Position numbers and translations under genes: made by a program
The notes under the pieces: generated by a model
Told to the model about the DNA's origin: nothing
What the model saw: the letters and a program-made list of their open reading frames with translations, nothing else
Database searches by the model: none
Part shown: positions 1-15,000 of the stretch, piece after piece
Numbering within the stretch: position 1 is the stretch's first letter
Layout of the letters: each line of letters opens with the position of its first letter
Assembly: GCA_964016885.1 (NCBI GenBank)
Contig: OZ024745.1
Location: forward strand, 19,220,001-19,284,000
Reading direction: 5' to 3'
DNA: 64,000 nt
DNA from: Eledone cirrhosa
Taxonomy: Eukaryota

Positions 1-3000
1 TTGCCATGACACCTAGACAACCACTTTACAGTGTGGGCTGGGTCCTTTTTTGCCATGACACCTAGACAAACACTTTACAGTGTGGGCTGGATCCTTTTTT
101 GCCATGACACATAGACAACCACTTTACAGCATGGGCTGGGTACTTTTTGCCATGACACCTAGAGAACCACTTTACAGTGTGGGCTGGGTCCTTTTTGCCG
201 TGACACCTAGACAACCACTTTACAGTGTGGGCTGGGTCCTTTTTGCCGTGACACCTAGACAACCACTTTACAGTGTGGGCTGGGTCTTTTTTTGCCATGA
301 CACCTAGACAACCACTTTACAGTGTGGGCTGGGTCCTTTTTTGCCATGAAACCTAGACAACCACTTTTCAGTGTGGGCTGGGTCCTTTTTTTCCATGACA
401 CCTAGACAACCACTTTACCACATGGGCTGGGCCCTTTTTGCCATGACACCCAGACAACCACTTTAGAGCATGGGCTGGGTCCTTTTTGCCATGACACCTA
501 GACTACCACTTTACAATGTGGGCTGGGTCCTTTTTCGCCTTGACACCTAGACAACCACTTTACAGCATAGGCTGGGCACTTTTTGCCGTGACACCTAGAC
601 AACCACTTTACAGCATTGGCTGGGTCCTTTTTGCCATGACACCTACACAACCACTTTACAGTGTGGGCTGGGTGCTTTTTTGCCATGACACCTAGACAAC
701 CACTTTACAGTGTGGGCTAGGTCCTTTTTGCCGTGAGACCGAGACAATCACTTTACAGTGTGGGCTGGGTCCTTTTTTGCCATGACACCTAGACAACCAC
801 TTTACAGTGTGGGCTGGGTACGTTTTGTCATGACACCTAGACAACCACTTTACAGTGTGGGCTGGGTACTTTTTTACCATGACACCTAGACAACCACATT
901 ACCGCATGGGCTGGGCCCTTTTTGCCATGACACCCAGACAACCACTTTACAGTGTGGGCTGGGTACTTTTTGCCGTGACACCTAGACAACCACTTTACAG
1001 TGTGGGCTGGGTCCTTTTTTGCCATGACACCTAGACAACCACTTTACAGTGTGGGCTGGGTCTTTTTTTGCCATGACACCTAGATAACCACTTTACAGTG
1101 TGGGCTGGGTCCTTTTTTGCCATGAAACCTAGTAACCACTTTACAGTGTGGGCTGGGTCCTTTTTTTCCATGACACCTAGACAACCACTTTACCGCATGG
1201 GCTGGGCCCTTTTTGCCATGACACCCAGACAACCACTTTAGAGCATGGGCTGGGTCCTTTTTGCCATGACACCTAGACAACCACTTTACAGTGTGGGCCT
1301 GGCCCTTTTTGCCATGACACCTAGACAACCACTTTACAGTATGGGCTGGGTACTTTTTACCATGACACCTAGACAACCACTTTACAGTGTGGGCTAGGTC
1401 CTTTTTGCCGTGAGACCGAGACAATCACTTTACAGTGTGGGCTGGGTACTTTTTTGCCATGACACCTAGACAACCACTTTACAGTGTGGGCTGGGTTCTT
1501 TTTTGACATGACACCTAGACAACAACTTTACAGCATGGGCTGGGCCCTTTTTGCCATGACACCTAGACAACCACTTTACAGTGTGGGCTAGCTACTTTTT
1601 TGCCATGACACCTAGACAACCACTTTACAGTGTGAGCTGGGTCCTTTTTGCCATGAGACTTAGACAACTACTTTACAGTGTGGGCTGGGTACTTTTTTGC
1701 AATGACACCTAGACACCCACTTTACCATGTGGGCTGGGCCCTTTTTGCCATGACACCTAGACAACCACTTTACAGCATGGGCTGGGCCCTTTTTGCCATG
1801 ACACCCAGACAACCACTTTACAGCATGGGCTGGATCCTTTTTGCCATGACACCTAGAAAACGACTTTACAGTGTGGGCTGGGTACTTTTTGCCATGACAC
1901 CTAGACAACCACTTTACAGCATGGGCTGGGTCCTTTTTTGCCATGACACCTAGACAACCACTTTACAGTGTGGGCTGGGCCCTTTTTGCCATGACACCTA
2001 GACAACCACTATACAGTGTGGGCTGGGTACTTTTTGCCATGACACCTAGACAACCACTTTACAGTGTGGGCTGGGTCCTTTTTTGCCATGACACCTAGAC
2101 AAACACTTTACAGTGTGGGCTGGATCCTTTTTTGCCATGACACATAGACAACCACTTTACAGCATGGGCTGGGTACTTTTTGCCATGACACCTAGACAAC
2201 CACTTTACAGTGTGGGCTGGGTCCTTTTTGCCGTGACACCTAGACAACCACTTTACAGTGTGGGCTGGGTCCTTTTTGCCGTGACACCTAGGCAAACACT
2301 TTACAGTGTGGGCTGGGTCTTTTTTTGCCATGACACCTAGACAACCACTTTACAGTGTGGGCTGGGTCCTTTTTTGCCATGAAACCTAGACAACCACTTT
2401 TCAGTGTGGGCTGGGTCCTTTTTTTCCATGACACCTAGACAACCACTTTACCACATGGGCTGGGCCCTTTTTGCCATGACACCCAGACAACCACTTTAGA
2501 GCATGGGCTGGGTCCTTTTTGCCATGACACCTAGACTACCACTTTACAATGTGGGCTGGGTCCTTTTTCGCCTTGACACCTAGACAACCACTTTACAGCA
2601 TAGGCTGGGCACTTTTTGCCATGACACCTAGACAACCACTTTACAGCATGGGCTGGGTCCTTTTTGCCATGACACCTACACAACCACTTTACAGTGTGGG
2701 CTGGGTCCTTTTTTGCCATGACACCTAGACAACCACTTTACAGTGTGAGCTGGGTACTTTTTGCCATGACACCTAGACAACCACTTTACAGTGTGGGCTG
2801 GGCCCTTTTTGCCATGACACCTAGACAACCACTTTACAGTGTGGGCTGGGGCCTTTTTTGCCATGACACCTAGACAACCACTTTACAGTGTGGGCTAGGT
2901 CCTTTTTGCCGTGAAACCGAGACAATCACTTTACAATATGAGCTGGGTCCTTTTTTGCCATGACACCTAGACAACCACTTTACAGTGTGGGCTGGGTCCT

Positions 3001-6000
3001 ATTAGCCATGACACCTAGACAACCACTTTACAGTGTGGGCTGGGTCCTTTTTTGCCATGACACCTAGACAACCACTTTACAGTGTGGGCTGGGTCCTTTT
3101 TTGCCATGACACCTAGACAACCACTTTACAGCATGGGCTGGGTCCTTTTTTGCCATGACACCTATACAACCACTTTACAGTGTGGGGTGGGTCCTTTTTT
3201 GCCATAACACCTAGACAACCACTTTACAGTGTGGGCTGGGTCCTTTTTTGCCATGACACCTAGACAACCACTTTACAGTGTGGGCTGGGTCCTTTTTTGC
3301 CATGACACCTAGACAACCACTTTACAGCATGGGCTGGGCCCTTTTTGCCATGACACCTAGACAACCACTTTACAGCATGGGCTGGGTCCTTTTTGCCATG
3401 ACACCTAGACAACCCCTTTACAGTGTGGGCTGGGTCCTTTTTCGCCTTGACACCTAGACAACCACTTTACAGCATGGGCTGGGCACTTTTTGCATGACAC
3501 CTACACAACCACTTTACAGCATGGGCTGGGCACTTTTTGCCATGACACCTAGACAACCACTTTACAGCATGGGCTGGGCCCTTTTTGCCATGACACCTAG
3601 TCAACCACTTCACAGTGTGGGTTGGGCCCTTTTTGCCATGACACCTAGACAACCAATTTACAGTGTGGGCTGGGGCCTTTTTTGCCATGACACCTAGACA
3701 ATCACTTTACAGCATGGGCTGGGCCCTTTTTGCCATGACACCTAGACAACCACTTTACAGTGTCGGCTGGGCCCTTTTTGCCATGACACCTAGACAACCA
3801 ATTTACAGTGTGGGCTGGGGCCTTTTTTGCCATGACACCTAGACAACCACTTTACAGCATGGGCTGGGCCCTTTTTGCCATGACACCTAGACAACCACTT
3901 TACAGTGTCGGCTGGGCCCTTTTTGCCATGACGCCTAGACAACCACTTTACAGCATTGGCTGGGTCCTTTTTGCCATGACACCTACACAACCACTTTACA
4001 GTGTGGACTGGAGCCTTTTTTGCCATGACACCTAGACAACCACTTTACAGCATGGGCTGGGCCCTTTTTGCCATGACACCTAGACAACCACTTTACAGTG
4101 TGGGCTGGACCCATATTGACATGACACCTAGTCAACCACTTTACAGTGTGGGCTGGGTCCTTTTTGCCATGACACTTACACAACCACTTTACAATGTGGG
4201 CTGGGGCCTTTTTTGCCATGTCACCTAGACAACCACTTTACAGCATGGGCTGGGCCCTTTTTGCCATGACACCTAGTCAACCACTTTACAGCGTGGACTG
4301 GGTTGTTTTTTGCCATGACACCTACACAACCACTTTACAGTGTGGGCTGGGCCCTTTTTGCCATGACACCTAGACAACCACTTTACAGCATGGGCTGGGC
4401 CCTTTTTGCCATGACACCCAGACAACCACTTTACAGCATGGGCTGGGGCCTTTTTGCCATGACACCTAGAAAACCACTTTACAGTGTGGGCTGGGTACTT
4501 TTTGCCATGACACCTAGACAACCACTTTACAGCATGGGCTGGGTCCTTTTTTGCCATGACACCTAGACAACCACTTTACAGTGTGGGCTGGGCCCTTTTT
4601 GCCATGACACCTAGACAACCACTTTACAGTGTGGGCTGGGTACTTTTTGCCATGACACCTAGACAACCACTTTACAGTGTGGGCTGGGTCCTTTTTGCCG
4701 TGAGACCGAGACAACCACTATACAGTGTGGGCTGGGTACTTTTTGCCATGACACCTAGACAACCACTTTACAGTGTGGGCTGGGTCCTTTTTTGCCATGA
4801 CACCTAGACAAACACTTTACAGTGTGGGCTGGATCCTTTTTTGCCATGACACATAGACAACCACTTTACAGCATGGGCTGGGTACTTTTTGCCATGACAC
4901 CTAGACAACCACTTTACAGTGTGGGCTGGGTCCTTTTTGCCGTGACACCTAGACAACCACTTTACAGTGTGGGCTGGGTCCTTTTTGCCGTGACACCTAG
5001 ACAAACACTTTACAGTGTGGGCTGGGTCTTTTTTTGCCATGACACCTAGACAACCACTTTACAGTGTGGGCTGGGTCCTTTTTTGCCATGAAACCTAGAC
5101 AACCACTTTTCAGTGTGGGCTGGGTCCTTTTTTTCCATGACACCTAGACAACCACTTTACCACATGGGCTGGGCCCTTTTTGCCATGACACCCAGACAAC
5201 CACTTTACAGCATGGGCTGGGTCCTTTTTGCCATGACACCTAGACTACCACTTTACAATGTGGGCTGGGTCCTTTTTCGCCTTGACACCTAGACAACCAC
5301 TTTACAGCATAGGCTGGGCACTTTTTGCCATGACACCTAGACAACCACTTTACAGCATGGGCTGGGTCCTTTTTGCCATGACACCTACACAACCACTTTA
5401 CAGTGTGGGCTGGGTCCTTTTTTGCCATGACACCTAGACAACCACTTTACAGTGTGAGCTGGGTACTTTTTGCCATGACACCTAGACAACCACTTTACAG
5501 TGTGGGCTGGGCCCTTTTTGCCATGACACCTAGACAACCACTTTACAGTGTGGGCTGGGGCCTTTTTTGCCATGACACCTAGACAACCACTTTACAGTGT
5601 GGGCTAGGTCCTTTTTGCCGTGAGACCGAGACAATCACTTTACAATATGAGCTGGGTCCTTTTTTGCCATGACACCTAGACAACCATTTTACAGTGTGGG
5701 CTGGTTCCTTTTTTGCCATGACACCTAGACAACAACTTTACAGCATGGGCTGGGCCCTTTTTGCCATGACAGCTAGAGAACCACTTTACAGTGTGGGCTG
5801 GGCCCTATTAGCCATGACACCTAGACAACCACTTTACAGTGTGGGCTGGGTCCTTTTTTGCCATGACACCTAGACAACCACTTTACAGTGTGGGCTGGGT
5901 CCTTTTTTGCCATGACACCTAGACAACCACTTTACAGCATGGGCTGGGTCCTTTTTTGCCATGACACCTATACAACCACTTTACAGTGTGGGGTGGGTCC

Positions 6001-9000
6001 TTTTTTGCCATAACACCTAGACAACCACTTTACAGTGTGGGCTGGGTCCTTTTTTGCCATGACACCTAGACAACCACTTTACAGTGTGGGCTGGGTCCTT
6101 TTTTACCATGACACCTAGACAACCACTTTACAGCATGGGCTGGGCCCTTTTTGCCATGACACCTAGACAACCACTTTACAGCATGGGCTGGGTCCTTTTT
6201 GCCATGACACCTAGACAACCCCTTTACAGTGTGGGCTGGGTCCTTTTTCGCCTTGACACCTAGACAACCACTTTACAGCATGGGCTGGGCACTTTTTGCA
6301 TGACACCTACACAACCACTTTACAGCATGGGCTGGGCACTTTTTGCCATGACACCTAGACAACCACTTTACAGCATGGGCTGGGCCCTTTTTGCCATGAC
6401 ACCTAGTCAACCACTTCACAGTGTGGGTTGGGCCCTTTTTGCCATGACACCTAGACAACCAATTTACAGTGTGGGCTGGGTCCTTTTTTGCCATGACACC
6501 TAGACAATCACTTTACAGCATGGGCTGGGCCCTTTTTGCCATGACACCTAGACAACCACTTTACAGTGTCGGCTGGGCCCTTTTTGCCATGACACCTAGA
6601 CAACCAATTTACAGTGTGGGCTGGGGCCTTTTTTGCCATGACACCTAGACAACCACTTTACAGCATGGGCTGGGCCCTTTTTGCCATGACACCTAGACAA
6701 CCACTTTACAGTGTCGGCTGGGCCCTTTTTGCCATGACGCCTAGACAACCACTTTACAGCATTGGCTGGGTCCTTTTTGCCATGACACCTACACAACCAC
6801 TTTACAGTGTGGGCTGGAGCCTTTTTTGCCATGACACCTAGACAACCACTTTACAGCATGGGCTGGGCCCTTTTTGCCATGACACCTAGACAACCACTTT
6901 ACAGTGTGGGCTGGACCCATATTGACATGACACCTAGTCAACCACTTTACAGTGTGGGCTAGCTACTTTTTGCCATGACACTTACACAACCACTTTACAA
7001 TGTGGGCTGGGGCCTTTTTTGCCATGTCACCTAGACAACCACTTTACAGCATGGGCTGGGCCCTTTTTGCCATGACACCTAGTCCACCACTTTACAGCGT
7101 GGACTGGGTTGTTTTTTGCCATGACACCTACACAACCACTTTACAGTGTGGGCTGGGCCCTTTTTGCCATGACACCTAGACAACCACTTTACAGCATGGG
7201 CTGGGCCCTTTTTGCCATGACACCCAGACAACCACTTTACAGCATGGGCTGGGTCCTTTTTGCCATGACACCTAGAAAACCACTTTACAGTGTGGGCTGG
7301 GTACTTTTTGCCATGACACCTAGACAACCACTTTACAGAATGGGCTGGGTCCTTTTTTGCCATGACACCTAGACAACCACTTTACAGTGTGGGCTGGGCC
7401 CTTTTTGCCATGACACCTAGACAACCACTTTACAGTGTGGGCTGGGTACTTTTTGCCATGACACCTAGACAACCACTTTACAGTGTGGGCTGGGTCCTTT
7501 TTGCCGTGAGACCGAGACAATCACTTTACAGTGTGGGCTGGGTCCTTTTTTGCCATGACACCTAGACAACCATTTTACAGTGTGGGCTGGGTCCTTTTTT
7601 GCCATGACACCTAGACAAACACTTTACAGTGTGGGCTGGGTCCTTTTTTGCCACGACACCTAGACAACCACTTTACAGTGTGGGCTGGGTACTTTTTGCC
7701 ATGACACCTAGACAACCACTTTACAGTGTGGGCTGGGTCCTTTTTTTTGCCATGACACCTAGACAACCACTTTACAGTGTGGGCTAGGTCCTTTTTGCCG
7801 TGAGACCGAGACAATCACTTTACAGTGTGGGCTGGGTCCTTTTTTGCCATGACAACTAGACAACCATTTTACAGTGTGGGCTGGGTCCTTTTTTGCCATG
7901 ACACCTAGACAACCACTTTACAGTGTGGGCTGGGTACTTTTTGCCATGACACCTAGACAACCACTTTACAGTGTGGGCTGGGTACTTTTTTACCATGACA
8001 CCTAGACAACCACTTTACCACATGGGCTGGGCCCTTTTTGCCATGACACCCAGACAACCACTTTAGAGCATGGGCTGGGTCCTTTTTGCCATGACACCTA
8101 GATTACCATTTTACAATGTGGGCTGGGTCCTTTTTCGCCTTGACACCTAGACAACCACTTTACAGCATAGGCTGGGCACTTTTTGCCGTGACACCTAGAC
8201 AACCACTTTACAGCATGGGCTGGGTCCTTTTTGCCATGACACCTAGACAACCACTTTACAGTGTGGGCCTGGCCCTTTTTGCCATGACACCTAGACAACC
8301 ACTTTACAGTATGGGCTGGGTACTTTTTACCATGACACCTAGACAACCACTTTACAGTGTGGGCTAGGTCCTTTTTGCCGTGAGACCGAGACAATCACTT
8401 TACAGTGTGGGCTGGGTACTTTTTTGCCATGACACCTAGACAACCACTTTACAGTGTGGGCTGGGTTCTTTTTTGCCATGACACCTAGACAACAACTTTA
8501 CAGCATGGGCTGGGCCCTTTTTGCCATGACACCTAGACAACCACTTTACAGCATGGGCTGGGTCCTTTTTGCCATGACACCTAGTCAACCACTTTACAGT
8601 GTAGGCTGGGTCCTTTTTTGCCATGACACCTAGACAACCATTTTACAGTGTGGGCTGGGTACTTTTTTGCCATGACACCTAGACAACCACTTTACAGTGT
8701 GAGCTGGGTCCTTTTTGCCGTGAGACTTAGACAACTACTTTACAGTGTGGGCTGGGTACTTTTTTGCAATGACACCTAGACACCCACTTTACCGTGTGGG
8801 CTGGGCCCTTTTTGCCATGACACCTAGACAACCACTTTACAGCATGGGCTGGGCCGTTTTTGCCATGACACCCAGACAACCACTTTACAGCATGGGCTGG
8901 ATCCTTTTTGCCATGACACCTAGAAAACGACTTTACAGTGTGGGCTGGGTACTTTTTGCCATGACACCTAGACAACCACTTTACAGCATGGGCTGGGTCC

Positions 9001-12000
9001 TTTTTTGCCATGACACCTAGACAACCACTTTACAGTGTGGGCTGGGCCCTTTTTGCCATGACACCTAGACAACCACTATACAGTGTGGGCTGGGTACTTT
9101 TTGCCATGACACCTAGATAACCACTTTACAGTGTGGGCTGGATCCTTTTTTGCCATGACACCTAGACAAACACTTTACAGTGTGGGCTGGATCCTTTTTT
9201 GCCATGTCACATAGACAACCACTTTACAGCATGGGCTGGGTACTTTTTGCCATGACACCTAGTCAACCACTTTACAGTGTGTGCTGGGTCCTTTTTGCCG
9301 TGACACCTAGACAACCACTTTACAGTGTGGGCTGGGTCTTTTTATGCCATGACACCTAGACAACCACTTTACAGTGTGGGCTGGGTCCTTTTTTGCCATG
9401 AAACCTAGACAACCACTTTTCAGTGTGGGCTGGGTCCTTTTTTTCCATGACACCTAGACAACCACTTTACCACATGGGCTGGGCCCTTTTTGCCATGACA
9501 CCCAGACAACCACTTTAGAGCATGGGCTGGGTCCTTTTTGCCATGACACCTAGACTACCACTTTACAATGTGGGCTGGGTCCTTTTTCGCCTTGACACCT
9601 AGACAACCACTTTACAGCATAGGCTGGGCACTTTTTGCCATGACACCTAGACAACCACTTTACAGCATGGGCTGGGTCCTTTTTGCCATGACACCTACAC
9701 AACCACTTTACAGTGTGGGCTGGGTCCTTTTTTGCCATGACACCTAGACAACCACTTTACAGCATGGGCTGGGCCCTTTTTGCCATGACACCTAGACAAC
9801 CACTTTACAGTGTGGGCCTGGCCCTTTTTGCCATGACACCTAGACAACCACTTTACAGTATGGGCTGGGTACTTTTTACCATGACACCTAGACAACCACT
9901 TTACAGTGTGGGCTGGGTCCTTTTTTGCCATGACATCTAGACAACCACTTTACAGTGTGGGCTGGGTGCTTTTTGCCGTGAGACCGAGACAATCACTTTA
10001 CAGTGTGGGCTGGGTACTTTTTTGCCATGACACCTAGACAACCACTTTACAGTGTGGGCTGGGTTCTTTTTTGCCATGACACCTAGACAACAACTTTACA
10101 GCATGGGCTGGGCCCTTTTTGCCATGACGTTTAGACAACCACTTTACAGCATGGGCTGGGCCCTTTTTGCCATGACATTTAGACAACCACTTTACAGCAT
10201 GGGCTGGGTCCTTTTTGCCATGACACCTAGTCAACCTCTTTACAGTGTGGGCTGGGTCCTTTTTTGCCATGACACCTAGACAACCACTTTACAGTGTGGG
10301 GTGGGTCCTTTTTTGCCATAACACCTAGACAACCACTTTACAGTGTGGGCTGGGTCCTTTTTTGCCATGACACCTAGACAACCACTTTACAGTGTGGGCT
10401 GGGTCCTTTTTTGCCATGACACCTAGACAACCACTTTACAGCATGGGCTGGGCCCTTTTTGCCATGACACCTAGACAACCACTTTACAGCATGGGCTGGG
10501 TCCTTTTTGCCATGACACCTAGATAACCCCTTTACAGTGTGGGCTGGGTCCTTTTTCGCCTTGACACCTAGACAACCACTTTACAGCATGGGCTGGGCAC
10601 TTTTTGCATGACACCTACACAACCACTTTACAGCATGGGCTGGGCACTTTTTGCCATGACACCTAGACAACCACTTTACAGCATGGGCTGGGCCCTTTTT
10701 GCCATGACACCTAGTCAACCACTTCACAGTGTGGGTTGGGCCCTTTTTGCCATGACACCTAGACAACCAATTTACAGTGTTGGCTGGGTCCTTTTTTGCC
10801 ATGACACCTAGACAACCACTTTACAGCATGGGCTGGGCCCTTTTTGCCATGTCACCTAGACAACCACTTTACTGTGTGGGCTGGGCTTTTTTTGCCATGA
10901 CACCTAGACAACCACTTTACAGTGTGGGCTGGGTCCTTTTTTGCCATGACACCTAGACAACCACTTTACCACATTGGCTGGGCCCTTTTTGCCATGACAC
11001 CTAGACAACCACTTTACAGCATGGGCTGGGTCCTTTTTGCCATGACACCTAGTCAACCACTTTACAGTGTAGGCTGGGTCCTTTTTTGCCATGACACCTA
11101 GACAACCATTTTACAGTGTGGGCTGGGTACTTTTTTGCCATGACACCTAGACAACCACTTTACAGTGTGAGCTGGGTCCTTTTTGCCGTGAGACTTAGAC
11201 AACTACTTTACAGTGTGGGCTGGGTACTTTTTTGCAATGACACCTAGACACCCACTTTACCGTGTGGGCTGGGCCCTTTTTGCCATGACACCTAGACAAC
11301 CACTTTACAGCATGGGCTGGGCCGTTTTTGCCATGACACCCAGACAACCACTTTACAGCATGGGCTGGATCCTTTTTGCCATGACACCTAGAAAACGACT
11401 TTACAGTGTGGGCTGGGTACTTTTTGCCATGACACCTAGACAACCACTTTACAGCATGGGCTGGGTCCTTTTTTGCCATGACACCTAGACAACCACTTTA
11501 CAGTGTGGGCTGGGCCCTTTTTGCCATGACACCTAGACAACCACTATACAGTGTGGGCTGGGTACTTTTTGCCATGACACCTAGATAACCACTTTACAGT
11601 GTGGGCTGGATCCTTTTTTGCCATGACACCTAGACAAACACTTTACAGTGTGGGCTGGATCCTTTTTTGCCATGTCACATAGACAACCACTTTACAGCAT
11701 GGGCTGGGTACTTTTTGCCATGACACCTAGTCAACCACTTTACAGTGTGTGCTGGGTCCTTTTTGCCGTGACACCTAGACAACCACTTTACAGTGTGGGC
11801 TGGGTCTTTTTATGCCATGACACCTAGACAACCACTTTACAGTGTGGGCTGGGTCCTTTTTTGCCATGAAACCTAGACAACCACTTTTCAGTGTGGGCTG
11901 GGTCCTTTTTTTCCATGACACCTAGACAACCACTTTACCACATGGGCTGGGCCCTTTTTGCCATGACACCCAGACAACCACTTTAGAGCATGGGCTGGGT

Positions 12001-15000
12001 CCTTTTTGCCATGACACCTAGACTACCACTTTACAATGTGGGCTGGGTCCTTTTTCGCCTTGACACCTAGACAACCACTTTACAGCATAGGCTGGGCACT
12101 TTTTGCCATGACACCTAGACAACCACTTTACAGCATGGGCTGGGTCCTTTTTGCCATGACACCTACACAACCACTTTACAGTGTGGGCTGGGTCCTTTTT
12201 TGCCATGACACCTAGACAACCACTTTACAGCATGGGCTGGGCCCTTTTTGCCATGACACCTAGACAACCACTTTACAGTGTGGGCCTGGCCCTTTTTGCC
12301 ATGACACCTAGACAACCACTTTACAGTATGGGCTGGGTACTTTTTACCATGACACCTAGACAACCACTTTACAGTGTGGGCTGGGTCCTTTTTTGCCATG
12401 ACATCTAGACAACCACTTTACAGTGTGGGCTGGGTGCTTTTTGCCGTGAGACCGAGACAATCACTTTACAGTGTGGGCTGGGTACTTTTTTGCCATGACA
12501 CCTAGACAACCACTTTACAGTGTGGGCTGGGTTCTTTTTTGCCATGACACCTAGACAACAACTTTACAGCATGGGCTGGGCCCTTTTTGCCATGACGTTT
12601 AGACAACCACTTTACAGCATGGGCTGGGCCCTTTTTGCCATGACATTTAGACAACCACTTTACAGCATGGGCTGGGTCCTTTTTGCCATGACACCTAGTC
12701 AACCTCTTTACAGTGTGGGCTGGGTCCTTTTTTGCCATGACACCTAGACAACCACTTTACAGTGTGGGGTGGGTCCTTTTTTGCCATAACACCTAGACAA
12801 CCACTTTACAGTGTGGGCTGGGTCCTTTTTTGCCATGACACCTAGACAACCACTTTACAGTGTGGGCTGGGTCCTTTTTTGCCATGACACCTAGACAACC
12901 ACTTTACAGCATGGGCTGGGCCCTTTTTGCCATGACACCTAGACAACCACTTTACAGCATGGGCTGGGTCCTTTTTGCCATGACACCTAGATAACCCCTT
13001 TACAGTGTGGGCTGGGTCCTTTTTCGCCTTGACACCTAGACAACCACTTTACAGCATGGGCTGGGCACTTTTTGCATGACACCTACACAACCACTTTACA
13101 GCATGGGCTGGGCACTTTTTGCCATGACACCTAGACAACCACTTTACAGCATGGGCTGGGCCCTTTTTGCCATGACACCTAGTCAACCACTTCACAGTGT
13201 GGGTTGGGCCCTTTTTGCCATGACACCTAGACAACCAATTTACAGTGTTGGCTGGGTCCTTTTTTGCCATGACACCTAGACAACCACTTTACAGCATGGG
13301 CTGGGCCCTTTTTGCCATGTCACCTAGACAACCACTTTACTGTGTGGGCTGGGCTTTTTTTGCCATGACACCTAGACAACCACTTTACAGTGTGGGCTGG
13401 GTCCTTTTTTGCCATGACACCTAGACAACCACTTTACCACATTGGCTGGGCCCTTTTTGCCATGACACCTAGACAACCACTTTACAGCATGGGATGGGTC
13501 CTTTTTTGCCATGACACATAGACAGCCACTTTACAGTGTGTGCGGGGCCCTTTTTGCCATGACATCTAGACAAACACTTTACAGCATCGGCTGGGTCCTT
13601 TTTTGCCAAGACCCCTAGACAACTACTTTACAGCATGGGCTGGGTCCTTTTTGCCGTGAGACCTAGACAACCACTTTACAGTGTGGGCTGGGTACTTTTT
13701 GCCGTGACACCTAGTCAACCACTTTACAGTGTGGGCTGGGTCCTTTTTGCCGTGACACCTAGACAACCACTTTACCGTGTGGGCTGGGTCCTTTTTGCGT
13801 GACACCTGGACAACCACTTTACAGTGTGGGCTGGGTCCTTTTTTGCCATGACACCTAGACAACCACTTTACAGTGTGGGCTGGGCCCTTTTTTGCCATGA
13901 CACCTAGACAAACACTTTACAGTGTGGGCTGGGTCCTTTTTGCCGTGAGACCTAGACAACCACTTGACAGTGTAGGCTGTGTCCTTTTTGCCGTGACACC
14001 TAGACAACCACTTTACCATGTGGGCTGGGTCCTATTCGCCGTGGCACCTAGACAACCACTTTACCGTGTGGGCTGGGTACTTTTTACCATGACACCTAGA
14101 CAGCCACTTTACAGTGTGGGCTGGGTACTTTTTTGCCATGAAACCTAGACAACCACTTTACAGTGTGTGCTGGGTCCTTTTTGCTGTGACATCTAGACAA
14201 CCACTTTACAGTGTGGGCTGGGTTCTTTTTTGCCGTGACACCTAGACAACCACTTTACAGTGTGGGCTGGGTCCTTTTTTGCCATGACACCTAGACAACC
14301 ACTTTACAGCATGGGCTGGGTCCTTTTTGCCGTGAGACCTAGACAAACACTTTACAGTGTGGGCTGGGTCCTTTTTTGCCATGACACATAGACAACTACT
14401 TTACAGCATGGGCTGGGTACTTTTTGCCGTGACACCTAGACAACCACTTTACAGTGTGGGTTGGGTCCCTTTTGCCGTGACACCTAGATAACCACTTTAC
14501 AGTGTGGGGTGTGTCCTTTTTGCCGTGACACCTAGACAACCACTTTACCGTGTGGGCTGGGTCCTATTTGCCACTGACACCTAGACAACCACTTTACCGT
14601 GTGGGCTGGGTCCTTTTTGCGTGACACCTATACAACCACTTTACAGTGTGGGCTGGGTCCTTTTTTGCCATGACACCTAGACAACCACTTTACAGTGTGG
14701 GCTGGGTCGTTTTTTGCCATGACACCTAGACAACCACTTTACAGCGTGGGCTGTGTCCTTTTTTTTCCATGTCACCTAGACAACCACTTTACAGTGTGGG
14801 CTGGGTCTTTTTTGCCATGACACCTAGACAACCACTTTACAGTGTGGGCTGGGTACTTTTTTGCCATGACACCTAGACAACCACTTTACCGTGTGGGCTG
14901 GGTCCTATTCGCCGTGACACCTAGACAACCACTTTACCATGTGGGCTGGGTCCTTTTTGCCATGACACCTAGACAACCACTTTACAGTGTGGGCTGGGTA

